The position numbers were made by a program, and so were the translations under genes. A stretch of 64,000 bases of DNA from assembly GCA_963796325.1 (NCBI GenBank), contig CAWCLF010000001.1, positions 404,928 through 468,927 of the forward strand. The letters run 5' to 3'. This DNA comes from an uncultured Spirochaetota bacterium (GTDB lineage: Bacteria; Spirochaetota; Brevinematia; Brevinematales; JAOACQ01). A model generated the notes under the pieces. The model made no database searches. It saw nothing but the letters and a program-made list of their open reading frames with translations, and had not been told where the DNA came from. Of the stretch, positions 40,585 to 49,512 are shown piece after piece (positions within the stretch are counted from its first letter, which is position 1; each line of letters starts with the position of its first letter).

Positions 40585-40670
40585 GGACGCAGATGGGGAG
40601 GAGTTTCAAGAACCGGAGTGGTTGACAAGAAGCTTTTTAGTACTGATCGGACGGGAGGAACAGGGGGGCT

Positions 40671-40701
40671 CCGCTAATTCACGCGAATAGACGCGAAGGG
40701 G
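40671..40701. repeat. left copy of a roughly 30-bp inverted repeat (partner at 50397-50428)
   Basis: ccgctaattcacgcgaatagacgcgaagggg. Its reverse complement matches gcccatttgcgtgtattcgcattaattagcgg at about 85% identity. Confidence 0.75.
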
Positions 40702-41006
40702 CACCTGCCGATACCGGAGATTAAACGCCGGTTCGAGTAGCGGTGCGAGGCAAACGGGATTCAAATCAAGTTTTTAATTCATATCAAAGAAATTCACAAC
40801 TATTGACAAATAATTATTAATTAACGATAATAAATGAAAGATGAAGAGTTTTAATAACTAAAAGGGTAATATATGCCATATATTATTGAGAGAATTAATA
40901 GCTTTAAAGAATTATTAAAGTCAGTAACAGTTCACCTATACAAATTGTTCGCCGCAGAATTGTATATGGAGATCCATTTGTTTTTGAACAAAATTTAGAT
41001 TTATAT

Positions 41007-41462
41007 ATGTCATTGAAAGAGGATATTTCTGACGAATTTAATGTAAATCCTCACAATGTAATAATGGTCGGTTCAGCTAAACTTGGTTTTAGCATTTCTC
41101 CTCAAAAACTATGGCAACATTTTAATGAAAATTCAGATATTGATATAGTAATTATTTCAGAAGATTTATTTAAATCATTCTGGAAAACATTATTTTTATT
41201 TAATAATAATATATCTAGATCAGAAGATGATGATAAACAATTTAATTCTTTTAAAGATTATTTTTTTAAAGGCTGGATCAGACCTGATAAATTTAATTTT
41301 AACTTCAATGGAAAGCAAAAATGGTTTGAATATTTCCAAAAGATGGCTATTAAGTATAAACTTGAAAGGAAGTTAAGAGTAGCTTTATATATTAATTTTG
41401 AATTCTTTGAGAAGTATCATATCAATAATATTGAAAACTTAAAAACGGGAGTTTCATTATGA
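41007..41462 (+). CDS. minimal Pol-beta-superfamily nucleotidyltransferase (MNT-like); true start probably upstream
   Basis: VIMVGSAKLGFSISP…ENSDIDIVIIS gives the G-S … D-x-D NTase signature. No SD precedes the ATG at 41007. The frame is open back to 40908, and an SD-less 41-codon ORF (40873-40998) overlaps in another frame. Confidence 0.6.
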   Translation: MSLKEDISDEFNVNPHNVIMVGSAKLGFSISPQKLWQHFNENSDIDIVIISEDLFKSFWKTLFLFNNNISRSEDDDKQFNSFKDYFFKGWIRPDKFNFNFNGKQKWFEYFQKMAIKYKLERKLRVALYINFEFFEKYHINNIENLKTGVSL

Positions 41463-42472
41463 GTCAAACATTAGGAATAGCTACGAATAAAAAAATAATT
41501 GAAATATTTGATGACTATAGGAGTAAAAAACTTGTTTTAAAACCAAGATTTCAAAGAAATCTTGTGTGGAATAGTACCCATAAAGAAGCATTTATTGAGA
41601 CTATATTAAAAAATCTTCCTTTCCCTGAAGTATATTTTGCAGATGGTCCAATTGATCTTGAGAGCCAAACATCAACGATAATTGTTGTTGATGGACAACA
41701 AAGATTGAATACAATCTTTGAATATATAAACAATTCTTCAGATTTAAAATTCTCAAAAATAATAAATTTTTCAAAATTATCAAAAGAGGAACAAACTTCA
41801 TTTTTTGACTATATCGTTGTAGTAAGGTCGCTTGGTCGCCTTTCCGAAGAAGCGATTATTGATATATTTAGACGGATTAATTCAGTACAATATGCTTTAA
41901 ATGCTATAGAGGTAAATAATGCTTTATATGAAGGAGCTTTTATTTCAACGGCAAAAGATATTGCATCAAGTGATTTATTTAAAGAAATGGAAATTCTTAG
42001 TGAAGAAGAAAACGCCAGAATGAAAGATGTTGAATATGTTTTACTAGTGATGGCAACGTTGGAAACAGGTCAATATTTTACTGAAACAAATGAATTAGAG
42101 AATTTAATTACTACCTATGATGATTATTATGATAACAGCGATAAAATTAAAAACTCTATTTTACATACTTGTGAAATTATTAACCGTTTAAATCTTGAAA
42201 CTGATTCTATGTGGTACAGAAAATCAGCGATGTTCTCATTAATATGTGAATTATCAAAAATATTTATCCAAAAAAAAGAGATAAAATTAGATCATATTAA
42301 ACTGGTTTTGAATGAGTTAGAAGAAACAATTATGAATAGTAAAAAGAAAGATCCCAACATTGATGAATATGCTAAGTTTTACAAATTTATGTTCCAGCAA
42401 ACAACAAGTAGAATCGGCCGTTATGCAAGAGGTAATGTAATTAATAATCATTTGTCTAAATATATAATTTGA
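41459..42472 (+). CDS. stand-alone DUF262 (ParB/Srx-like NTP-binding) domain protein
   Basis: FQRNLVWNSTHKEAFIETILKNLPFPEVYF and VVDGQQRLNTIFEYI are the DUF262 hallmarks. No DUF1524/His-Me motif in the C-terminal half. GGGAG RBS and ATGA overlap with the upstream gene. Confidence 0.75.
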   Translation: MSQTLGIATNKKIIEIFDDYRSKKLVLKPRFQRNLVWNSTHKEAFIETILKNLPFPEVYFADGPIDLESQTSTIIVVDGQQRLNTIFEYINNSSDLKFSKIINFSKLSKEEQTSFFDYIVVVRSLGRLSEEAIIDIFRRINSVQYALNAIEVNNALYEGAFISTAKDIASSDLFKEMEILSEEENARMKDVEYVLLVMATLETGQYFTETNELENLITTYDDYYDNSDKIKNSILHTCEIINRLNLETDSMWYRKSAMFSLICELSKIFIQKKEIKLDHIKLVLNELEETIMNSKKKDPNIDEYAKFYKFMFQQTTSRIGRYARGNVINNHLSKYII

Positions 42473-42593
42473 AATAAAAGTTAACAGTGATGATTTTCAC
42501 CTGACAATTAGATTTATTTGTGGAAAGATATCTAACTTACATAGAATTGCAGTTACTATAAGATATATTAAATACAAAAATCCAGGAGAATAT

Positions 42594-44399
42594 ATGCGAT
42601 TAAAAAAACTTTCAGTATTTGGTTATCGTTCCATTAAAAAAGAAGAGATTTTGCTATTGGATGGGAGGGTAACAATACTTATTGGTGCAAATGATCATGG
42701 TAAAAGCAATATATTGGATGCTATAAGGTGTCTTAATGATAATAATAAGATAGAAACAGAAGATAAAAATTGGGATTTATCTAAGGAAGAAAGTGTAAGA
42801 ATAGAATGGCATTTTTCCGCATCACAAGACATTTTAGCAAAACTCGATGAATTAACTATCAAAAGAAAAGAAATTGCTGATAAAACTGCTGAAAAAGAAC
42901 TTAATGAAAAAGGATCAGCACTTCTAGAAAATAACTTTCGACAGAATTTAGATAATGAAATAGTTTTTATTCGAGATGATCAAACAAACGAAGTTAAGGT
43001 CGATTCATTGCCAATTGAAGCTCCTAAAACAATAGAGAAAGATGTCTTGCAGTTAAGGCCAAGAATTGAATTATTTGAATCACCAAAATCAAATTTAACT
43101 GATCAGATCAATCTTGAGCAACTAAATTCTCCTGATTTTGAATTTATGCAAGGAATATTTAGGTTAGCCGGGTTGTGGGATTTCCGTAATGAAATATTCA
43201 CACAAAACGATAGAACTTCTAGATTATTATCAGAAGCATCAGAAACCTTAACTCAAATATTGAATGATAAATGGAAACAGGGTGGCGATTTAATATGGAA
43301 ATTCGAACATACAGGGATGAATGGTGATCAAATCGTTATTAAAATAAAAGACCCTGCTATTCAAAGCAGATATACAAGACCATCTCTTCGATCTTCCGGG
43401 TTTAGAACTTATTTTCTTCTTTCAATGCTAACATTTGCTCGAACACAAAATGATGCTAGTAACACTTATTTTTTTTTATTTGATGAACCCGGTATATACC
43501 TTCATCCTTTTGCGCAACTAGATCTTCAAAGAAGTTTTGAAAGCATTGCTGATAAAACTCAATTAGTTTATACGACTCACTCTCTTTTCTTAGTAAACAA
43601 AAACTATCCTGAGAGGAATCGTGTCATCAGTAAAACAAAAGAAGGCACGAAAATTGACCAAAAACCATTTTCAAAAAACTGGAAATCAGTTAGAGAATCT
43701 CTAGGAATTTTGTTAAGTAATAATTTTTTAATTGCAGAAAAAACCTTACTTGTAGAAGGACCATCAGATGTAATTTATATTATTGATGCCATCAAGAGAT
43801 TAAAAAATTTAGGGAGTCTTGATATAGATGTAAATGCTTTTAGTGTTGTTGATGCTGGCACGTTAAAAAATTATATTGCCATGGCAAAATTGATGCTTTC
43901 CGAGGGTAGAGGTGTAGTTGCACTTATTGATGGAGACAATGGTGGAAAAGCAATTGACAAGGAATTAAAAGAGATTTGTAAATTAGAATTATCCTCTAAA
44001 AAATTAACGATATTAGCATTACCTAATAATAAGTCATCTGAAGAAATTTTTTTAGATAAAGAATTAATCAAAAAAGCTATTGGTATTGTTTGTAAGAATC
44101 TTATTGATATTAATGTACGAAAATTAAAGGATGGACTTAAAATAGAAGATGCAATAAAAGGAGTAGAAATTGAAACTGATAGAACTTTTGGGAAAACAAT
44201 AGAACAAGTGACTTCTGGGTGGTTTGAGAAAGAAGAAAAAATATCGAAGTTATCAATTGCACTTGAATATGAAAATTTGAGACAAATAGATACAACTACA
44301 GTGCCTGATCTTGCACTGGCCGAACTTGAAAAAATAAAAAAGGCTCTTGAACTCCGAGGAGAAAAATCAGTAGAAACTGGTGTTTTTGAAGAGGTTTAA
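42594..44399 (+). CDS. OLD-family ATP-dependent nuclease (ABC-type ATPase + TOPRIM)
   Basis: N-terminus MRLKKLSVFGYRSIK, Walker A GANDHGKSN, Walker B FFLFDEPGIYLHP, TTHS, TOPRIM LLVEGPSDVIYI and ALIDGDNGG. AGGAG RBS. Confidence 0.85.
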   Translation: MRLKKLSVFGYRSIKKEEILLLDGRVTILIGANDHGKSNILDAIRCLNDNNKIETEDKNWDLSKEESVRIEWHFSASQDILAKLDELTIKRKEIADKTAEKELNEKGSALLENNFRQNLDNEIVFIRDDQTNEVKVDSLPIEAPKTIEKDVLQLRPRIELFESPKSNLTDQINLEQLNSPDFEFMQGIFRLAGLWDFRNEIFTQNDRTSRLLSEASETLTQILNDKWKQGGDLIWKFEHTGMNGDQIVIKIKDPAIQSRYTRPSLRSSGFRTYFLLSMLTFARTQNDASNTYFFLFDEPGIYLHPFAQLDLQRSFESIADKTQLVYTTHSLFLVNKNYPERNRVISKTKEGTKIDQKPFSKNWKSVRESLGILLSNNFLIAEKTLLVEGPSDVIYIIDAIKRLKNLGSLDIDVNAFSVVDAGTLKNYIAMAKLMLSEGRGVVALIDGDNGGKAIDKELKEICKLELSSKKLTILALPNNKSSEEIFLDKELIKKAIGIVCKNLIDINVRKLKDGLKIEDAIKGVEIETDRTFGKTIEQVTSGWFEKEEKISKLSIALEYENLRQIDTTTVPDLALAELEKIKKALELRGEKSVETGVFEEV

Positions 44400-44624
44400 G
44401 AATAATAATAATAAAATTTATAGTTATATTACTGCTGTTTACAGATAATCCTATAAAACAAATCTTTTATAATCTTATTTGGGGGGGTATAACCTAAGCT
44501 GATCGATTCTTTTTTGGATGATAAGACAAAAACCATGTTAAAATAAAGAGGGGCAAGGAAATGTTTAGCGACCTTCCCTGCCCCTAATAAACACCTAACA
44601 GGTGTAAAAAGTGGTTGTCTAATT

Positions 44625-45473
44625 ATGAAACAATTACATGAAAATCTCAAAAAGAACGCAAATGAAATAGTGGATATCGGAATAACAAACGACAGCTTAT
44701 CCGGGAGAGGCGGTTTAGCTTTCATACTCCGTTATCTAAAGAAAATCAATATAATACCCGGGATTTGCGAAGTATTTAAAGGTGTAAGAAAAAGCAGGAA
44801 AGGCAAGGATATCGGGAAAATCATAAGCCAATTGATGTTCTACTTTATGGACGGAAGCAAACAGACAATGACAAGATTCGACGAATTATCGGATAACGAA
44901 GGATACAGGAAGACAATCGAGACATCGAATAAGGATATGTGTTCCTCGCATACTATGAAAAGGTTTTTTAACATCGCAAGTAGTGCTATGTTTAAAAAGC
45001 TCCAGACTATTCTTTTACAACTTTTCATCTGGAGACTGAGAGTTGAAAAGCCAAAGATTGTGATCCTGGGAATAGACACCATGGTGCTTGATAATAATGA
45101 CGCGAAGAAAAGAGAAGGCGTGAGCCCGACCTATAAAAAGGTAAACGGTTATCACCCTTTGCATATTTACTGGAAAAACTATGTTGTAAACATGGCTTTT
45201 CATGAAGGCAGCGAAGCCCCAAATCATGATAACGACCTGTTCGATTCGATAGAGGCGACGGTAAAGATAATCAGGAAAAAATACAACCATAAAATCCAGA
45301 TTATTGTAGTATCCGATTGCGGATTTTCAGATCAGAAATATTTCAAGTTCATGGATTCCTTGAAAGTGTATTTCATCTGCGGAGCAAAAATACTCGATTC
45401 GATCAAGCTGAAATTGATGCTGACACTTCCGAGAGAATGGGATAAATTCGAATACAGGCTTGAAAGCTGTTAG
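44625..45473 (+). pseudogene. IS1380-family transposase, C-terminally truncated (282 aa)
   Basis: N-terminus …ITNDSLSGRGGLAFILRYLKKINI… and GIDTMVLDN…YKKVNGYHPLHIY resemble IS1380 transposases (compare the intact 439-aa copy at 51297-52616). The ORF ends where an unrelated repeat begins. Confidence 0.6.
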
Positions 45474-45497
45474 CACCGATTTAAATTTTCCGCTTTT
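45474..45497. repeat. 24-nt repeat, left copy (inverted partner at 53184-53207)
   Basis: caccgatttaaattttccgctttt versus the reverse complement of the partner, caccggaaataattttccgctttt. They share the exact 14-mer aattttccgctttt. A second ttccgctttt lies 23 nt downstream. Confidence 0.7.
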
Positions 45498-45772
45498 CAC
45501 CGATCTAACTTTCCGCTTTTGTCAAACCGAAACCCAATTTGTTAATGAGCTATGACATTTCGAAACCTCCCATTTTCAATCTATCTTTCATTCTAAAGGA
45601 ATCGCCTTTAAGGGAGAAATCATGCGCATGTGCAATCCGGCACCCGTAGTGACCCACCATCGGCAAAAATAATGACCCACCCATCGTCATTTTAAGTGTC
45701 CCACCCCCCGGCAATTTTAGTGACCCACCCTGATGTGGTAAAATAAAAGAAACCGCATTGGGAGGGTAATAA

Positions 45773-47323
45773 ATGCCGAGGATAAAATCCATGACGCAAT
45801 TAATCGAAATTCTAATTCGTTTAAAGAAAGGCGAATCTATTAGAAATATCTGTAAAGAGACCGGGAATCATCGTAAAGTTATTCGAAAAGTTAAAGAAAT
45901 AAGCGCCGAAAAGGGATGGCTCAAACCATCGGTGACGCTGCCATCAGAAAGCGAAATGGACAAAGCTTACAACGAACCGGGAAAGTCCGAATTAAAGCCT
46001 CATATTCTGGATAATCATCAAAGCGATCTAAAAAGGTACAGAGAAGAGGAAAAAAGCTTTGTGATTATTCATAAACTTGTAACAGAACATGAAGACTGCA
46101 AAGGTATTTCCGAGGCAACCGTCAGGCGGTACATTCACAGGAATTTTCCAAGAGAACCGGTTTCTGTAATGATCCGTCCGCATGAAGATGGAGTGATGGA
46201 AGTAGATTTCGGATACCTCGGACTTGTTTATGATCCCTTCCAATGCCGTAACAGGAAAGCCTGGGTATTTTCAGGCAGGCTTCGCAAATCCCGAAAGGCA
46301 TATCGTGAGACAGTATACGACCAGAAAAGCGGGACGTTTTTCAAGTGCCATATAAGGGCTTTTCATCATTTTGGAGGTGTTCCAAAGAAAATTGTCCCGG
46401 ATAACCTTAAATCCGCAGTTGTAAAAGCCGCATTTTATGATCCGATCATCAACAGATCGTATCAGGAACTGGCCAGGCACTATGATTTTCTCATCAGTCC
46501 CTGCCTTCCCGCAACACCACAGCACAAAGGGGGAGTGGAAAACGATATTAAATATATCATTAACAATTTCTGGCCGTATTTCGTTGAAAAACAGAAGCAG
46601 AAAGGCCGAACTATTCCTTTGTTAACCGATCTGGAAGAAGCCCTGAACAATTGGGACAAGGATACTGCGGATATCAGGATAATCAAAGGCGTCGGAATGT
46701 CGCCTTGTGAGTTGTTTATCGAAGAATCGAAGACCCTATCAAAGCTTCCTCTTGAAGATTGGGATATGACCGACTGGAAAGAATGCACTGTCCGGGCTGA
46801 ATGGATGGTTCAGTACGATTGCGCTTACTATAGCGTCCCTTACAGGTATATTGGTGAGAAAGTAATGGTGTGCGCCAATTCAAGCTCTGTGAAAGTGTTT
46901 TACGGGCACGATTTGATATCAAGCCATACAAGAGCGCAGAAAAAATGGGAATACAAACGAAACAAGCTGCATGCTCCGCCATACAAGGAGGAATACCTGT
47001 CCATGACAAAGGAGTCCCTCCTCGCCTGGGCCGGGAGCATCGGCAAATCGACGCTTGAAGTGGCGGAACTGATATTCTCACGAAAGAATATCGACGGATT
47101 ACGCCCTGTCAGGGGGCTTCTCTTTCTTTCTAATAAATATTCCAGGGAAAGGCTCGAAGCCGCCTGCAGGAGGGCCATATATTACGATACTCCGGTCTAT
47201 ATGAGCGTAAAAAGCATTCTTGAAAAGAAACTGGACAGGGAGCCCTGCAATACTGATGAAACAACCATGGTAAATCATCTCCCTTTCAAGTTTGCCAGGG
47301 ATGACAGCTACTTCAATTATTGA
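45773..47323 (+). CDS. istA: IS21-family transposase IstA
   Basis: 516 aa. N-terminal HTH, then a DDE integrase core (MEVDFGYL…, VPDNLKSAV, ARHYDF…PCLPATPQHKGGVE). Confidence 0.9.
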   Translation: MPRIKSMTQLIEILIRLKKGESIRNICKETGNHRKVIRKVKEISAEKGWLKPSVTLPSESEMDKAYNEPGKSELKPHILDNHQSDLKRYREEEKSFVIIHKLVTEHEDCKGISEATVRRYIHRNFPREPVSVMIRPHEDGVMEVDFGYLGLVYDPFQCRNRKAWVFSGRLRKSRKAYRETVYDQKSGTFFKCHIRAFHHFGGVPKKIVPDNLKSAVVKAAFYDPIINRSYQELARHYDFLISPCLPATPQHKGGVENDIKYIINNFWPYFVEKQKQKGRTIPLLTDLEEALNNWDKDTADIRIIKGVGMSPCELFIEESKTLSKLPLEDWDMTDWKECTVRAEWMVQYDCAYYSVPYRYIGEKVMVCANSSSVKVFYGHDLISSHTRAQKKWEYKRNKLHAPPYKEEYLSMTKESLLAWAGSIGKSTLEVAELIFSRKNIDGLRPVRGLLFLSNKYSRERLEAACRRAIYYDTPVYMSVKSILEKKLDREPCNTDETTMVNHLPFKFARDDSYFNY

Positions 47324-47333
47324 ATTGCAGTAA

Positions 47334-48113
47334 ATGGAGGAATATATTATGAATGATTTGGCACAGTTAAAGCCTCAGTTAAAGAGATTAAAGCTCTCAG
47401 GTATACTTGAAACCCTCGATTATCATGTCCAGAAGGCACTGAACGAGAAGATATCTTATACCGATTTTCTTCTCAATTTACTGCTTGAGGAACTGGAGCG
47501 CAGGGATCACAAGGTTCTGAGCATCCGTTTAAAAAGGAGCGGGCTCGATTATGGTTGCACCCTGGAAAACTTCGACTTCGGGTTTAATTCTCAGATAAGG
47601 GAACCTCTTATCAAAGAACTTGCGACCTGTAATTTTCTGAAAAAGCATGAAAACATCTTCTTTTTAGGCCCCTCAGGCGTAGGTAAAACATGCCTGGCCC
47701 AGGCAATCGGACATGAAGCCATTAGGAGAGGCTTTGAGGTCCTTTTTATTAACACACTTTTACTTCTCAGGTCTCTTAACTCAGCCAGGGGTGATGGAAG
47801 ATATCCATTGAGGCTGAAAAATTTATGCCGGATCGACCTTCTCATTCTTGATGATTTCGGGCTTCAGAGTTTAAATCAACAGCAACAGGAAGATCTCTAT
47901 GAGGTTATTTGCGGGAGATATTCAAAAACTTCAATGATTATCACAAGCAATCGTGATATCTCCGAATGGCCCGCTGTCTTTTCTAACCCATTAATGGGGA
48001 GCGCTGCCATAGACAGGCTCATTGATGGTGCAGTTAAGATCAGCATAGAAGATGGAAATAGTTATAGGTTGAATAATTTTATCAAGAAAAATGAGTTAAA
48101 ATCTTTGACCTGA
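47334..48113 (+). CDS. istB: IS21-family helper ATPase IstB
   Basis: 259 aa. Walker A GPSGVGKT, Walker B LLILDDFG, TSNRDISEW, typical of IstB/DnaC-like proteins. Confidence 0.9.
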   Translation: MEEYIMNDLAQLKPQLKRLKLSGILETLDYHVQKALNEKISYTDFLLNLLLEELERRDHKVLSIRLKRSGLDYGCTLENFDFGFNSQIREPLIKELATCNFLKKHENIFFLGPSGVGKTCLAQAIGHEAIRRGFEVLFINTLLLLRSLNSARGDGRYPLRLKNLCRIDLLILDDFGLQSLNQQQQEDLYEVICGRYSKTSMIITSNRDISEWPAVFSNPLMGSAAIDRLIDGAVKISIEDGNSYRLNNFIKKNELKSLT

Positions 48114-48394
48114 AAACCTGGAATTGGTATACTGAAGGTACACTGGGGGGTGGGTCACTAAAAATGCCGACCCTGGGTCACTAAACCTGCCGGACGGCAG
48201 CATGATGCAGTAAGCTTCCAGGGTAGCGGTAGCATTGGCATTGTCATTCATCATTTCTCCCCATTGTGAAAATGTTGTATTTGTTGTTATTACAAATGAA
48301 ACATTAATTTTCTTGAAACAATGACTACAATTTTTTTTGGACTTAACCGGACAACCATCTTAAAATATAAAAAAGATTATTTATCAGGTATTTC

Positions 48395-49501
48395 ATGCAT
48401 CAATTTATAGTCTCCGAAAACACTCTTCCTGTCCATCTTGAATATTCATTTGCCGGTGTTTCAATCGATAATGACTGTTATTTTGATAATATTTCCATTG
48501 ATGGTCATGAAGAAAGAGGATTTTCTTCACTTTATGCTGACATTTGCGGTGTTCATAAAGGAGATGAAATTCTTTTTTATATGAATAAACCCGATAATGA
48601 TTCAAAAAGAGAAGGCGGAAGATTCTTCGGTTTTTTTGAGTGTGTTTCCGATTTTCCATTTTATGAGCCTCAAGGAAATTATCTTAAAGATGATCTTGGT
48701 GTACCGCTTGTATTTCGTCATAAAATTATCCCAAAAAAAATCTATTCCATAGGACTAACTGAATGGCAAGCAATGGATGAAATGAGTGATTTCAAAACTG
48801 TATTAGATATTCCCTGGACTTTAATATATCGTAAGATATCCGGAAAGCGGGGATGTACACCAATACTTCCGCATGAAGAAATAATAATTAAAAAAATGCT
48901 TGATAGGATTAATGCCGGGCAACCTGTTTTTTCAAGTAAAATAGGTTATAATGATAAAGAAATAGGGCTTTATGGTAATGGCGCCTCAACCGCTTACTCG
49001 GGACGAACGGATATATTTAATAAAATTGATAATCGGCTTAAAGAATTAATGGAAATACGAGGCCGTAAATGGGAACTCCAGCTCCAGGCATATCTCATGC
49101 AGGAAATAAAAAGAAATAAATTATTAACCGAACTTTTATTTCCTAATGTTGAGATTTTTTGGATCGGCAATGAAATCTACGCCGGCGCCGGTATGCAAAG
49201 CATTGATCTGCTTGTTTATACAAAAAATGATTTCAATACATTCATCCATCTGATCGAATTGAAATCTGTTACTGCCGACCGGGAAGCTGCCGCACAGCTA
49301 AACCGATATATTATGTGGCTTATGTCTCATATACCTGACCTTAAAATTCACCAGATTGTTCCTACTCTAATCGCCCCGGATGCCTCCCCGGAATTTCACC
49401 AGGAATTAAAAATATATTTGAGAGGAAGGGGTATAAACCAATATCGCATAGTAAATATTGATAATAACTTAAATTTTGACCAGGCAGTATATAATGTTTG
49501 A
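48395..49501 (+). CDS. type II restriction endonuclease candidate (N-terminal beta-barrel-like module + NucS/RecB-like PD-(D/E)xK core)
   Basis: GMQSIDLLVYTKNDFNTFIHLIELKSVTADREAAAQLNRYIMW gives D…E-L-K plus a Q..RY motif, as in NucS/DUF91-type nucleases. The gene ends 11 nt before the MTase ATG. Confidence 0.6.
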   Translation: MHQFIVSENTLPVHLEYSFAGVSIDNDCYFDNISIDGHEERGFSSLYADICGVHKGDEILFYMNKPDNDSKREGGRFFGFFECVSDFPFYEPQGNYLKDDLGVPLVFRHKIIPKKIYSIGLTEWQAMDEMSDFKTVLDIPWTLIYRKISGKRGCTPILPHEEIIIKKMLDRINAGQPVFSSKIGYNDKEIGLYGNGASTAYSGRTDIFNKIDNRLKELMEIRGRKWELQLQAYLMQEIKRNKLLTELLFPNVEIFWIGNEIYAGAGMQSIDLLVYTKNDFNTFIHLIELKSVTADREAAAQLNRYIMWLMSHIPDLKIHQIVPTLIAPDASPEFHQELKIYLRGRGINQYRIVNIDNNLNFDQAVYNV

Positions 49502-49512
49502 CAGGAATTTTT

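Larger units (their letters stand above)
45631..48200 (+). mobile_element. IS21-family insertion sequence (about 2.57 kb)
   Basis: istA+istB pair. The ends carry reiterated gtgacccac(c) motifs (three left, two inverted right). Termini are tgcaatccggca… / …tgccggacggcag. Flanked by (G)CATG at 45626/7-45630 and 48200/1-48204. Confidence 0.8.

Noticed and set aside
40721-40790. tRNA-like fragments (ggttcgagt, gggattcaaatc) at the island border that could mark a tRNA attachment site
   Set aside because: Neither fragment has a complementary T-stem or an acceptor stem, and no cloverleaf can be drawn. No integrase is nearby.
44429-44725. 98-aa minus-strand ORF
   Set aside because: It overlaps the start of the IS1380-type transposase fragment on the other strand and has low-complexity, non-protein-like composition.
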